Position numbers and translations under genes: made by a program. From the IMG/VR virus record IMGVR_UViG_3300011337_000727, positions 1-34,190 of that record: 34,190 nucleotides of DNA. One strand, given 5' to 3'. The notes beneath the pieces were generated by a model that had not been told where the DNA came from, ran no database searches, and was given only the letters and a program-made list of their open reading frames with translations. Of this stretch, positions 1-10,005 are shown one piece after another. Source of the stretch: a virus (lineage: Duplodnaviria > Caudoviricetes). Within the stretch, counting starts at the first letter, position 1. Each line of letters begins with the position of its first letter.

Positions 1-130
1 GTCAATCGGCCAATGGCCTATGTGTTTTATGTGATTGCTAAATTCGGCGTTTTGGTGAGAAATACTATAAATGCCTTTTTGTTTTGTGTTGTGGCGGTTT
101 TTTATAATTATCTAAACCAGTGTTTTTGTG

Positions 131-189
131 TTTTTCCAAAATTTGGAAAAATAGCCGGGATTTTCCCGGAAGAATCGCGGACTTCCGCG
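131..189. repeat. Three consecutive palindromes
   Basis: TTTTTCCAAA-A-TTTGGAAAAA (131-151), CCGGGA-TTT-TCCCGG (155-169), CGCGGA-CT-TCCGCG (176-189). Confidence 0.8.
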
Positions 190-230
190 CTTGTATTATG
201 CTTTTTCTTGGAAACATCGGCACCATTTTC

Positions 231-386
231 GTTCCAACCGTTCCAACCGTTCCAACCGCCTTATATATATATACTTTAAAATAAAATAAATATTTATATA
301 TGAGTGAGTTACGCACAGATTGAGTCAGCATGAAGGTGGAAAATACGGTTGGAATGGCGTTCCAACCCGTTCCAACCGTTCCAACC
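231..386. repeat. GTTCCAACC iteron-like cluster 1 around an AT-rich tract (candidate origin element)
   Basis: Copies at 231, 240, 249, 359, 369 and 378; inverted GGTTGGAA at 347; almost pure A/T at 261-301. Confidence 0.8.
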
Positions 387-403
387 GGAGCAAAAAAATA
401 CTT

Positions 404-438
404 GTCCTAAAATGAATTCCGAAATCGGCTGATATTCG
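404..438 (+). promoter_or_regulatory. Putative late promoter (GTCCTAA-N20-GATATTCG)
   Basis: Same motif and spacing recur at 17936, 27930 and 32024, each before a structural operon. Confidence 0.6.
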
Positions 439-449
439 TATCGTTGAAA

Positions 450-767
450 ATGGCAGAACTTAGAATCGGGCAGATATTGACAATGATTCACACCACATTG
501 GGCGAGTTTGAAATCGAATTCATACGGAAGGATGGCACCGAGCGAGTTACTAAACCAAGGGTTCGAATCGGTGTTCCGCCATCTGAGTCTAAAATGAAGA
601 AATTAAGGGGTGAACCAGTAGTGGCAAACAAATCCTGGGGCCATCAAATCAACCGATCACATAATTTGCTTCTTTTCGACATCCAAAAAAATCGTCCGTT
701 TGAAATTAAAATCGCCTTACTGATGGCATTCAATAAAATTTTAGTTCGTTGGCACAATGAAAAATGA
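450..767 (+). CDS. Hypothetical phage protein upstream of portal
   Basis: ORF with ATG at 450 (track starts at TTG 444); overlaps the portal start. Confidence 0.75.
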   Translation: MAELRIGQILTMIHTTLGEFEIEFIRKDGTERVTKPRVRIGVPPSESKMKKLRGEPVVANKSWGHQINRSHNLLLFDIQKNRPFEIKIALLMAFNKILVRWHNEK

Positions 768-2037
768 TAATCACCTGGTGGCATTCTTAAAGAAAAGCCG
801 ATCGGTTATGACTCTGACAAACACGAAAAATGTTTTGCGGACAAAAAACCAAGGAAACTTGGATGGATTCAAATATGAAAAATTTGGAGCCGATGACAAA
901 CTTCCGGATGAAATCCTGACCGCAGTTTGGGAAAACGATTTCATGCCGCAGTTACTTCATACCGAAGCTGCGTTTCTGCATGGTTCCGGATTGGGAGTTT
1001 TTAGGAAAAGGATTGTTCCTGGAACAGATCAGATGCCAGCCAAAGAAATCATTGAACCGGTGTTTGATCCGGCAGTCGATGAATGGATGAAAAAGATTCA
1101 CATTTCGGATTACTGGCTTAAAGCTTGCATTCAGTTTGTGACCGGTGCCAATGTTTACACCGGGTTCAATTTAAACATTGCCGGTCAGCCAGTAGAAATG
1201 AACATTTATGATTGGTCAACCGTTCGGGCTGAACAAGTGGATGAAACCACCGGCCAGATAAATCAGTATTTACTTTTCGGTGAGCGAATCATTGATGACA
1301 ACAAAATCAAAGTTCAGGCATTGCCGAGGTATTACACCGGCATCCAGAACTATTCGCCACAATTTATTTATCACGGCAAAATGCCGACCAGTGGACAGGC
1401 AGTTTACGGACTTCCGATTTGGTTTGGCGCTTTGGAAACGATTAAGGTTTTGAACCGGATTCCAAAATTCCACGGATCTGGAATTGATAACGGTTACAAT
1501 GTAAAATATCATGTGAAGGTGCCAAGCCTGTATCTGGACCAGTTTGGGACACAGGAAGAAAAAGATAAAGCCTGGATTAATTTACAGGATGCGATGGATG
1601 AACAATTGTGCGGAGTGAACAATGTGAACAAAACGGTGATGACAAAATTTTTCATCGATCCGGTGTCGAACAAGCCGCTGCCGGGTTTTGAAATTCTGGC
1701 GCTCCAGCAAGTGAAAACAGATGAACAATATTTATCGCTCTCAAAAGATTTCAGGATTAATGCGGCAAGTTCAGTTGGAATTCATCCCGGTCTTGCAAAT
1801 GTGGATACCGGCGGAAAGCTGGGCGGTAGTGCTTCAGAAATGCGAGTGGCTGCACAACTTCATATATCATTGAGGACTCCGATTCCAAGAACAATTCTTT
1901 TGCAGCCAATTAAAATCGCAATGAAGCTGATGAACTTTGCCCCCGATCTTTTCATCGCTCCAAAAGATTTTGAACTGACAACCCTAGACAATAATCCAAC
2001 AGGCAATCAAACTGTAATGTCCAATGTTACTTTCTAA
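757..2037 (+). CDS. Portal protein
   Basis: 426 aa; follows terL on the circle; portal-like motifs (YGLPIWFGA, NG-YHVKVP, GIHPGL, GSASEMRVA). Confidence 0.8.
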   Translation: MKNDNHLVAFLKKSRSVMTLTNTKNVLRTKNQGNLDGFKYEKFGADDKLPDEILTAVWENDFMPQLLHTEAAFLHGSGLGVFRKRIVPGTDQMPAKEIIEPVFDPAVDEWMKKIHISDYWLKACIQFVTGANVYTGFNLNIAGQPVEMNIYDWSTVRAEQVDETTGQINQYLLFGERIIDDNKIKVQALPRYYTGIQNYSPQFIYHGKMPTSGQAVYGLPIWFGALETIKVLNRIPKFHGSGIDNGYNVKYHVKVPSLYLDQFGTQEEKDKAWINLQDAMDEQLCGVNNVNKTVMTKFFIDPVSNKPLPGFEILALQQVKTDEQYLSLSKDFRINAASSVGIHPGLANVDTGGKLGGSASEMRVAAQLHISLRTPIPRTILLQPIKIAMKLMNFAPDLFIAPKDFELTTLDNNPTGNQTVMSNVTF

Positions 2038-3013
2038 CATCGAAGAAATTAAAGGGTATTATTCCCGGCTGAATATTAATTCAGATTTCACTTCATTCAC
2101 TTCATTCATTCAGGATGCCACGATTAAATATCTGACTCCGCTGATTGGACAGGAAACCATCGATGTGATGGAACTGTGGTATGCTGACTGGGATGGCACC
2201 ACAACCGATCCGGTTGATGAAGCCAATGCCAAACTGCTTTCGCACATTCAAAGGTGCCTGGTGTATTACATGATGCTGGATGCGGCACCAACACTGGCGC
2301 TGGATTTAGGCGATAATGGTCTGACAGAAAAAACGACTGATGGAACTACACCAGTTCGATTGTTTGTTTATGATAAGCTTGTCGAGTACCTGAGCCAATC
2401 AGCGGACACATTTGCGGAAAACCTACTTTTATTTTTAGAAGTAAACGCCGATGATTATCTTTTTTGGGATGAAAGCGAAAGCCGCCAGAACCAAAGAAAA
2501 TTGTTTTTGGATGGCGGTAAAAGATTGGGTGAATTTATTCCAATGACCGAACCAAGGCGCTTTTATCTGGGCATGATTCCAAGCGTAAACAAAGTTGAAA
2601 GCTTACTGATTCACGAAATTCTGGGCACTGCTTTTTTTGATGAACTAAAAACCGAAATGGCTGCCGGAACTCTGACTCCGGAAAATGCTTTACTGGTTAC
2701 GAAGATTCGCCCAGTTGTTGCATACAATGCAATGGTTGATTGTCTTCCAAATATGTCGGTGGCAGTCGGTGCAACCGGAATCAGGATATTGAATCAATAT
2801 GACAGTCAACGGAACCGTTCAGCTGAGGACACCCAGAACGGAATCGTTATGCAGTATCGTGGCAATGCCACAACTTACGAGGCACTCCTCCGAAAATTCT
2901 TAAACGATAATTATTCGGACTATCCGCTTTATGAGGTTCCTGTTTTGCCGACTGATCCAGGGGCCAGTTTTCAAATTGCAGATAATACTTTTAAAAGATC
3001 ATTCCGTTTTTAA
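2024..3013 (+). CDS. Head-tail adaptor-like protein (DUF6712-like)
   Basis: 329 aa directly after portal; internally duplicated helical unit (YLTPLIGQE / IHEILGTAFF). Confidence 0.6.
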   Translation: MLLSNIEEIKGYYSRLNINSDFTSFTSFIQDATIKYLTPLIGQETIDVMELWYADWDGTTTDPVDEANAKLLSHIQRCLVYYMMLDAAPTLALDLGDNGLTEKTTDGTTPVRLFVYDKLVEYLSQSADTFAENLLLFLEVNADDYLFWDESESRQNQRKLFLDGGKRLGEFIPMTEPRRFYLGMIPSVNKVESLLIHEILGTAFFDELKTEMAAGTLTPENALLVTKIRPVVAYNAMVDCLPNMSVAVGATGIRILNQYDSQRNRSAEDTQNGIVMQYRGNATTYEALLRKFLNDNYSDYPLYEVPVLPTDPGASFQIADNTFKRSFRF

Positions 3014-3264
3014 TGATGTCGCCTGAAATTGTTGCCACCATTATTGCCGTTGGTGCGGCACTAATTGCATCCGTGATTGGAATTTATAGTCAGTTAAATT
3101 CTAAGGTTTCAGTAATCGATGAGAAAATTGCCCAGCTGGAAGAGCAGGGAAGAATCGATGCCGCCGAACGCAAAGAACAAACTAAGGTTCTGCACAATCT
3201 GGCACTATCCATTCAGCGCCTATCCGGATTTTTGGAAGCCAATCAGAATTTACCACGATTATGA
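3013..3264 (+). CDS. Small membrane protein, holin-like
   Basis: N-terminal TM helix plus coiled coil; first gene of the lysis cluster. Confidence 0.55.
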   Translation: MMSPEIVATIIAVGAALIASVIGIYSQLNSKVSVIDEKIAQLEEQGRIDAAERKEQTKVLHNLALSIQRLSGFLEANQNLPRL

Positions 3265-3881
3265 AATTGATTTCCATTCCGGTTGTTTCGTTTATTCTTC
3301 TGTTGGCAATGGGAGTTTATTTGATTTATCGGGAGCGGAAATTTGGACAAGTGGTTTCCGAAAATGGGAACCTGATGAAATTACTTTCGACCAAAAATCA
3401 GGAAGTGATAAAGGGCGATTCGGGCGAAACCTTAATTCGCCAGGCAAAAGTGGAAGTCAGCCGCCAGACATTCAATCAGATTATGGGCGAAAAGATTGAT
3501 CAGCTGGAAACCCGGCTGAATACTCGATTCAACCGGATTGAAACCATTACACAAGTTTCCGTGAAAACAATTACGAAACAGAAAATGCACGGCAAAGACA
3601 CGGTGATGGTTTGGCACTTTGATTCCACCGCTGCGCCAAAGATGGACACGGTTCTGGTGTTTAGGTTTACGGACAAATTCGGAACCAGCCAAATCACGGT
3701 GAAGGGAAAAGAGGCAATCAAAATTGACAGTACTTTAAATTCGTTTTACATTATAGAAGATAGAGAAAAATGGAAGTTGAAACACCTATTCAGAAGAAGA
3801 GAAAAAAGATTCAATCTAGTGATCATGAATCCGAATTCACGATTGGACACGCTTCGGAATCTCAGCGTTATGCCCAGGTAA
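3261..3881 (+). CDS. Membrane-anchored lysis-cluster protein (spanin-like)
   Basis: N-terminal TM anchor, coiled coil and beta-rich C-terminus; sits upstream of the endolysin. Confidence 0.5.
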   Translation: MKLISIPVVSFILLLAMGVYLIYRERKFGQVVSENGNLMKLLSTKNQEVIKGDSGETLIRQAKVEVSRQTFNQIMGEKIDQLETRLNTRFNRIETITQVSVKTITKQKMHGKDTVMVWHFDSTAAPKMDTVLVFRFTDKFGTSQITVKGKEAIKIDSTLNSFYIIEDREKWKLKHLFRRREKRFNLVIMNPNSRLDTLRNLSVMPR

Positions 3882-4210
3882 ACCGGTGGTGGAGAATTTG
3901 GAATGAAATGATTTTATCGCCGCTGGCGATGTTGGTTTTCTTTGCTGGATATTATTTTGTTTACCAACATTTTGGCCCAGAAGCTGGACTGGTGCCGCCC
4001 GGATACTTTACCAATATTCTAGCCGGGGCGATGATTATGTACATCGCTGGGATCATGGCGACAATGGCGACAAAATTTAATTTCCCGAAATTCTACCACA
4101 TCATTTTTGTTAACAATTATTCGCCGAAAGAAACAGAAACTATCACCGGACTATGCATTTACTTTCTCTATTATGGATTTTCAATCTGGGCATTAACGGC
4201 ACTTCTGTAA
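3770..4210 (+). CDS. Three-TM membrane protein, putative holin (start uncertain)
   Basis: Three hydrophobic segments; overlaps the endolysin start. Confidence 0.55.
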   Translation: MEVETPIQKKRKKIQSSDHESEFTIGHASESQRYAQVNRWWRIWNEMILSPLAMLVFFAGYYFVYQHFGPEAGLVPPGYFTNILAGAMIMYIAGIMATMATKFNFPKFYHIIFVNNYSPKETETITGLCIYFLYYGFSIWALTALL

Positions 4211-4671
4211 ATGCCTGGCAAGCCGATGCCCAATGTTTATTGGATCAGGCGAGAAGCCTGTTAAATGTTCGGGAGGTTGGCGGAAACAACCGAGGTCCAG
4301 AGGTTGACAAAATCATTTTGTTTTCTGGGGGTAAGCCGGGTCAAGCCTGGTGTGGTTATTTCCAAAAGTTCATCCACATCAAGTGTGGCAGAAAATCAGG
4401 GAACGGCTATTCACCTAGCTGGTTCATTCCATCCCGGCTTGTAAAATCTAATCAAATCCCTGGGGATGTTTTTTCCATTTACAATTCTGGCCTAAAACGA
4501 ATCGCCCACATTGGCATGGTAGAAATGGTTTTGCCAAATGGTAAATTCATCGTGACCATCGAAGGCAATACCGGAACCTTTGGCAGCCGTGATGGCGGCG
4601 GTGTTTATCGTCTTACTCGACCAACAAAATCAATATATAATTTCGCACGATGGTGGAACCTGAAAATGTAA
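4153..4671 (+). CDS. CHAP-domain endolysin with signal-peptide-like N-terminus
   Basis: REVGGNNRGPEV, AWCG (catalytic Cys), HIGMV (His) and TIEGNT motifs. Confidence 0.85.
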   Translation: MHLLSLLWIFNLGINGTSVNAWQADAQCLLDQARSLLNVREVGGNNRGPEVDKIILFSGGKPGQAWCGYFQKFIHIKCGRKSGNGYSPSWFIPSRLVKSNQIPGDVFSIYNSGLKRIAHIGMVEMVLPNGKFIVTIEGNTGTFGSRDGGGVYRLTRPTKSIYNFARWWNLKM

Positions 4672-4895
4672 ACAATGGCCCAGTGATTTTTGGGGTTTTT
4701 GTTTTAGACATGATTTTTATTTACTGCACTGGAATGGCTTTTTGGTCCACTTTATTTTGGGCAGTGGATGGAAGATGTGAAATTAATTCGCCAAAGGTTA
4801 TCGATTCAGCGCACATGGTTGTATTGCCGATTATGCTGGGATATGCGTTTCTTTACCTGATTGATAAAATGGCAAAGCGAAGTGGTAAAGATTGA
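4650..4895 (+). CDS. Small two-TM membrane protein
   Basis: Two hydrophobic segments and a basic C-terminus; coupled to neighbours. Confidence 0.6.
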   Translation: MVEPENVNNGPVIFGVFVLDMIFIYCTGMAFWSTLFWAVDGRCEINSPKVIDSAHMVVLPIMLGYAFLYLIDKMAKRSGKD

Positions 4896-5646
4896 AATCG
4901 GAAAAACAAAAATTCTATTTCCTGAAAAATGGGAAGAACTAACGCCTGAAGATTTCAGCCGGGTTGGTCATGTATTGCTTAATCAATGGACACCGGCATT
5001 GCAGTACATGATTATTCGATTGCTTACTCCGAAGGTTCATCCATCGGTTTGGGTGAATCTGGATGATGATGAATTGCTGGCTTTACTGCCACTCACAGAT
5101 TTTATGAAAGAGCCGGTGAAGCTGAAATCTATGAAGCTTTTTCGGATTGGATTTCGGTCGTATTATTTGCCAGATCGGAATAATATCTTGCTAGCGGATT
5201 GGGCATTTAGTGAACAATTAGTGAAAGCATTTTTGACAACTGGAAACGAAGTATTTCTGAACCAACTGGTGGCATCAATTTGCCGCCCGAAAAAATGGTG
5301 GATTCAGATGTTTCCATTTTGGAAAAAATTCAATCTTAAATGGAATGGCGACATCCGTGAAAAATTTCATTCAGCAATTGCAGAAGACCGGTCGCCAAAA
5401 ATTGCAGCGGTTCCTTTGCACATCAAATTGATGGTTGTCTGGTGGGTGGTGCAGCTGCGCTGGGAGGTGCAACGAACCAACCAGGTACTTTTCTCTGAAT
5501 CAGGGAAATCAGGTGGCGACTGGGTTGAAGCTGCAATGGAAATTTCGGAAAGAGGTTTGTTTGGCAATTTTGAGCAAACCATGCAAACACCATTTTCGAT
5601 GGTGATAAAATACTTGAATCTTCAAAACAATAAGGCAAAGCAGTAA
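4882..5646 (+). CDS. Hypothetical protein, possible tail assembly chaperone
   Basis: PEKWEELT N-terminal motif and GLFGNFEQT C-terminal motif; GTG 4882 preferred over TTG 4861. Confidence 0.55.
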   Translation: MVKIEIGKTKILFPEKWEELTPEDFSRVGHVLLNQWTPALQYMIIRLLTPKVHPSVWVNLDDDELLALLPLTDFMKEPVKLKSMKLFRIGFRSYYLPDRNNILLADWAFSEQLVKAFLTTGNEVFLNQLVASICRPKKWWIQMFPFWKKFNLKWNGDIREKFHSAIAEDRSPKIAAVPLHIKLMVVWWVVQLRWEVQRTNQVLFSESGKSGGDWVEAAMEISERGLFGNFEQTMQTPFSMVIKYLNLQNNKAKQ

Positions 5647-6116
5647 TGAATAATTTTCTGGCACTTAAAGTATATTTTCAAAGCATGGCCGATAGCCATG
5701 TTTTGTTGCAAGGAAATTTTGTCCACGGTGGAATTTCTAAACTCCGGGCGGATGTGCTTTCAAAAAAGAAGTATCCGCTGATGTGGTTTGAAACGCCCAT
5801 GATTGAAATTTACAACACCGGTTCCGCAATCATGGCAAACAAGAAATCAGCCGTGGTAATCCTGGGGAAAATGAACGCCAACAACGACACCGATGACCAG
5901 CAGGACGATACACTGGATGTGCTGGAGGGCATAGCTTTGGACATAATTTCAAAGCTTCGTAAAGATGCGGTAGATGGACTGCACAAAATTAATATTTCAG
6001 AATGCGACCTCGATCCGATTGATCCACTACTGGTGGATAATTGCATCGGATGGCGGTTTGAATTCACCATCACAAACGCAATAAATATTTGTTACAACCC
6101 TGAAAACTGGATTTAA
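5646..6116 (+). CDS. Putative tail terminator/completion protein
   Basis: 156 aa, acidic; YPLMWFE..GWRFEFTI pattern; tail-module context. Confidence 0.55.
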   Translation: MNNFLALKVYFQSMADSHVLLQGNFVHGGISKLRADVLSKKKYPLMWFETPMIEIYNTGSAIMANKKSAVVILGKMNANNDTDDQQDDTLDVLEGIALDIISKLRKDAVDGLHKINISECDLDPIDPLLVDNCIGWRFEFTITNAINICYNPENWI

Positions 6117-6118
6117 AT

Positions 6119-7522
6119 ATGGCAGTATTATTAAATGAAGTTGTAATCAACTCAGATGGCAGTTTTAATTTTATTCCTGAATGGGAAGAAAATCCAATCA
6201 CCAATATGCCTGGATGCGATCCTGAGTTCATTGGGTCTTATCATTTTTTTACCGTTGGCTCTGTAACTGTTACGACTACAACATTTGACACATCAACCGG
6301 TCAGGTGGTTGGAACAGTTGATTTAAGTACCCTTGATGAAGAATCATTTTTATTTGGATATGGCTTTGAAGATTGTTTATCAATACCATCCTATCCAACT
6401 GTAAATGTCCCATTCACATATGTGGCAGCCAAATGTTTCTATTCAAAAAATCCAATCAATGTAACCGTTGAAACATTTAGTCCATACAATACAACGGAAA
6501 TTCAAGTTTATGCCGAATCATTTAATGGAGAAGGCAATTACTACATTTTAGGAACCTTTAGATTTATTTCTGATGCAACCAAATTTGTGAATCAGGACAT
6601 CAGTTCAATTCTTGATGCCTATTGTTTAAAGATTCTTAAAACATCTATTCCCAATAATGACAATGCAATTGAAATTCTTTTGCCGCATTCAATTCGATTT
6701 GTTACCAGGTCAAGATATTACGATTCCGGTAGTTGGTCGTCTTGGGTAGATTCTCAAATTAGTTATGTTTTGTTTGGCGGTCGTGGTTATGAGGAGGTGA
6801 CTTCCGGAAATTTGGAATTGACATCTCAATTTCTTTTAACAAATGGCAATAATTTTCAAAGCCTGGCAATCGATTCTGCCGTTTACTTATTAATTGAAAA
6901 AGCTGGAACATATAATTATACAATTGATTTTGTTTTGTTTGATGGCACAATGAACGGAAATGTGGCCGACACAATAACTACAACCAATGGATGGTCAGTT
7001 GTAAAATTACCAATCAATCCTGTGGCTGATACTTACAAGTCAACTATTACGATTGACATTGATGGCACGGTTTTAACAACCGATTTCATTTCCGATTTAT
7101 ATCCACATGAACAAATTGAAGAGTTTGTTTTCTTATCACTTCGTAATGGATGGCGGACACTTACTTGCACATCGAACCTGACTTCGATTTTGGAAGTTTC
7201 TCAAAACACTTATGAGAAGCAGCAACAATTTGAATATTATGAGGCCGATAATATTGCAACTACCGAGGTTTGGCGGTCAGTTGGAAATAAGCGATTTAAA
7301 GTTGCCACCGGATTTATGCCGGAACAAATGATTGATCAGCTTTTACAGGACTTCGCTTTATCTCCGAAAAAATTCAAATGGGATTCTGATTTGGAAAAAT
7401 TTATTCCGGTTGTGGTTTCGACAAAATCGGTTGAATATTTAAATTCCACCAGGCAGGGATTGCGTTCTTTCTCCTTTGAATATCGCCCAGCTTTTGAAAA
7501 CAATATGCCATCCAGATTATGA
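6119..7522 (+). CDS. Tail structural protein (distal-tail-like)
   Basis: 467 aa, beta-rich; C-terminal FLSLRNGW..ATGF..FSFEY pattern; precedes the hub-like gene. Confidence 0.55.
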   Translation: MAVLLNEVVINSDGSFNFIPEWEENPITNMPGCDPEFIGSYHFFTVGSVTVTTTTFDTSTGQVVGTVDLSTLDEESFLFGYGFEDCLSIPSYPTVNVPFTYVAAKCFYSKNPINVTVETFSPYNTTEIQVYAESFNGEGNYYILGTFRFISDATKFVNQDISSILDAYCLKILKTSIPNNDNAIEILLPHSIRFVTRSRYYDSGSWSSWVDSQISYVLFGGRGYEEVTSGNLELTSQFLLTNGNNFQSLAIDSAVYLLIEKAGTYNYTIDFVLFDGTMNGNVADTITTTNGWSVVKLPINPVADTYKSTITIDIDGTVLTTDFISDLYPHEQIEEFVFLSLRNGWRTLTCTSNLTSILEVSQNTYEKQQQFEYYEADNIATTEVWRSVGNKRFKVATGFMPEQMIDQLLQDFALSPKKFKWDSDLEKFIPVVVSTKSVEYLNSTRQGLRSFSFEYRPAFENNMPSRL

Positions 7523-10005
7523 ACCTGACAATTATCGGCGAGAACGGATTTGAATTGGATATGAATCCCGGAACGGTGGTTCAGGTAAACTTCTTTAATC
7601 CAATATTCAGCACAGAGGTTTTGCGAGGGAGTTATACCTACACCTTTTCACTTCCGATGTCGCCGACAAACAAATTGTTTTTCGGATTTTCCGATCACAT
7701 CAATTCCCTGGCAACATACCAGAAGGAATACACCGGATTGAAATTTAAATCCGGAGTGATTGAAATGCCATGCACACTTTCGCTCGATTCCATCACCAGT
7801 GATGGATTCAATGTTTCGCTTTATCTGGCATCTGGTGCCGTGGCTGACAAGCTGCGAAATAAGATAATGCCAGATGTGCCAACGGAAACTGTGGATGTAA
7901 AAACAGAAATTCAATTTGTAAGCTACCGGATTACATTGTTGGCTCCTCCAGTAATGAATGCTTATCTTTTTGCAACGGTGCGATATGAAACGGCTGGCCC
8001 GACTTACGATGATTATGTTTACGGCATTGAATACACTGGCCAGACCGCCGCAGAATTGATGATTGCGATTGCGGCGCAAATCAGTGTTTATAGACCAATT
8101 CAAAACTATTCGGCTGGTACCAATTACATGGAATATGATTTGGCACTTGATCCGGCAACGGATGAAATTTATGCAAGTGACCAGGATAATAATTTGGGGA
8201 ATACATTTCCAGGCGCGACTTGGAATTACCTATGCGACAAAGCTGATTGGCCAACCAAAAGAGCCGAATACAATTCAGCGCTGGATAATCGGAATTGGTG
8301 GAAGTATGATTTGTTCAATGCCAACAAAGCATTTAAGGCATTTTCCAATGGTGAAAGTATAACGCTCTACGACAACTACGGAGAAACATACACACTGAAT
8401 TTTAATTCGTTCAATCAATTCCTGGATCAGAATAACGATGTCGGATATTGGTCTTTTTTGGGTGGCATTAATTACACTTATCCAACGGCTGACATTTTCA
8501 ATGATTATTTGCCGATTTATCTGACCAGAAAAGTAAACAACGCGGTGCCTGGTGAAAATTTTGTGGCTTACCCAATCTTGAATCCGACTTTTTCACCAAA
8601 TCCGGAATACTGTGGTGTAGTAAACTATTGGAAAAACAACGCATTTTTTGGAAACGATTACGATTTTGGTTGGCTGCAAAAACACGCACATTCCATTTCG
8701 GTAAATGCGCTTTACGCAATCCAGAAAATGCACGATTATTTAGAGTCTGAATTCGACAAAGACTCCGATATGCCAAACATATCGAACAATAATTTTATCA
8801 TTGATCTATATCTGTTTTCCAATTATTCAGCTGATCGGTTTACAAAATTCAAGCCATCTGGAACCTCTCCCTGGTTGGAATCAGATTTGGGCGCAAACAT
8901 TTTAAATGTCAGCCAGTTTTTGCCGCCGATTAGTTTGGGCGATTTTATTAACGGCTTCCGGAATTACTTTTTTCTGGGAGTCTTTTTTGATTTCTTCAGC
9001 AACCGGGTAAAATATCGCAAGCTTTCCGATGTCCTTACCGACTTTGAAAACGCCTATGAATTGACAGACATTGCCGGAAATTTTCAAGAAATTATTTACG
9101 AAGATCCAAAAGGATTTTTTCTTAATTACACCAACGATCCAGCTGATGAATTGATTTCGGTTTTTACGAACGACATTTATAATCTGGAATTAAATTTGGT
9201 TTCGGCGGTCGCAACATTTGCATCGCTTCCGGCATCACCAAACGAAAACGATTTGGCATTGGTGATTGATGAAGATCAGTATTATTTGGCGGTAAGGATA
9301 TTTGATGCCACAATTGAATGGCAGTATTTCTCCAAAAATCTTTATGGGCTGGAACTCCCAGATGCTGACGACAATGTCCTGACAATTTACCAGCCGAAGG
9401 CATCTACCACATTGATGTACACCGGCCACGATTGGCTAGAAGGAGCCGAATATTTTCCGCCATTTTTTATTCAGTCCATCAATAACACTTACCGGGTTGG
9501 CGATTTTGTTTTAAATCAAAACGGCGATTATTTTGAATGTTTGGTGGAGCATGAAAATATTCCATTGACGAATGGAACATATTGGGCAGCCAGAAATTAT
9601 GATTTTGTAAAAATGCCGATGACCAGCATCAGCCGGAATTCAAAGACATTTAAAGAGAAAACGAAATGCACTCTGCGATTCCTGTATTACGCTGGCTTGG
9701 TGACCAATCCAGCTGGAGGAACAGATATTGTTCCTTTCGCCACCAACGATGCCGGGGCTCTGGGGTCGCTTAAGTGGGAAGGCGATTACGGATTGTATAA
9801 TGTCTGGGGCAAAGATTGGATAAATTTTGTCCAAAAACGCAAGCGCACGGTAATCCAAATTCCGATGAACGAAACACTACTTCAGGAACTCCGGCCAGAT
9901 AGGTTAATTAAAATTCACAATCAGTATTACCTTTATTCTGAAATGAAAACCAGCTTTCCGATGGAAAATAATTTGGCAACCATTACACTTTATTCGATCA
10001 GCTGA
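7519..10005 (+). CDS. Tail tip/baseplate hub-like protein with CBM-like inserts
   Basis: 828 aa; N-terminal NPIF..GSYTYTFSLP..N motif typical of tail-tip proteins; precedes the fibre gene. Confidence 0.6.
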   Translation: MNLTIIGENGFELDMNPGTVVQVNFFNPIFSTEVLRGSYTYTFSLPMSPTNKLFFGFSDHINSLATYQKEYTGLKFKSGVIEMPCTLSLDSITSDGFNVSLYLASGAVADKLRNKIMPDVPTETVDVKTEIQFVSYRITLLAPPVMNAYLFATVRYETAGPTYDDYVYGIEYTGQTAAELMIAIAAQISVYRPIQNYSAGTNYMEYDLALDPATDEIYASDQDNNLGNTFPGATWNYLCDKADWPTKRAEYNSALDNRNWWKYDLFNANKAFKAFSNGESITLYDNYGETYTLNFNSFNQFLDQNNDVGYWSFLGGINYTYPTADIFNDYLPIYLTRKVNNAVPGENFVAYPILNPTFSPNPEYCGVVNYWKNNAFFGNDYDFGWLQKHAHSISVNALYAIQKMHDYLESEFDKDSDMPNISNNNFIIDLYLFSNYSADRFTKFKPSGTSPWLESDLGANILNVSQFLPPISLGDFINGFRNYFFLGVFFDFFSNRVKYRKLSDVLTDFENAYELTDIAGNFQEIIYEDPKGFFLNYTNDPADELISVFTNDIYNLELNLVSAVATFASLPASPNENDLALVIDEDQYYLAVRIFDATIEWQYFSKNLYGLELPDADDNVLTIYQPKASTTLMYTGHDWLEGAEYFPPFFIQSINNTYRVGDFVLNQNGDYFECLVEHENIPLTNGTYWAARNYDFVKMPMTSISRNSKTFKEKTKCTLRFLYYAGLVTNPAGGTDIVPFATNDAGALGSLKWEGDYGLYNVWGKDWINFVQKRKRTVIQIPMNETLLQELRPDRLIKIHNQYYLYSEMKTSFPMENNLATITLYSIS

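Noticed and set aside
231-386. GTTCCAACC repeats as a CRISPR array
   Set aside because: Units are 9 bp and abutting, with no spacers and mixed orientation; no cas genes.
13-491. ORFs 13..279, 65..331 and 309..491
   Set aside because: They run through palindromes and 9-bp repeats (QPFQPF, VGTVGT); better explained as non-coding.
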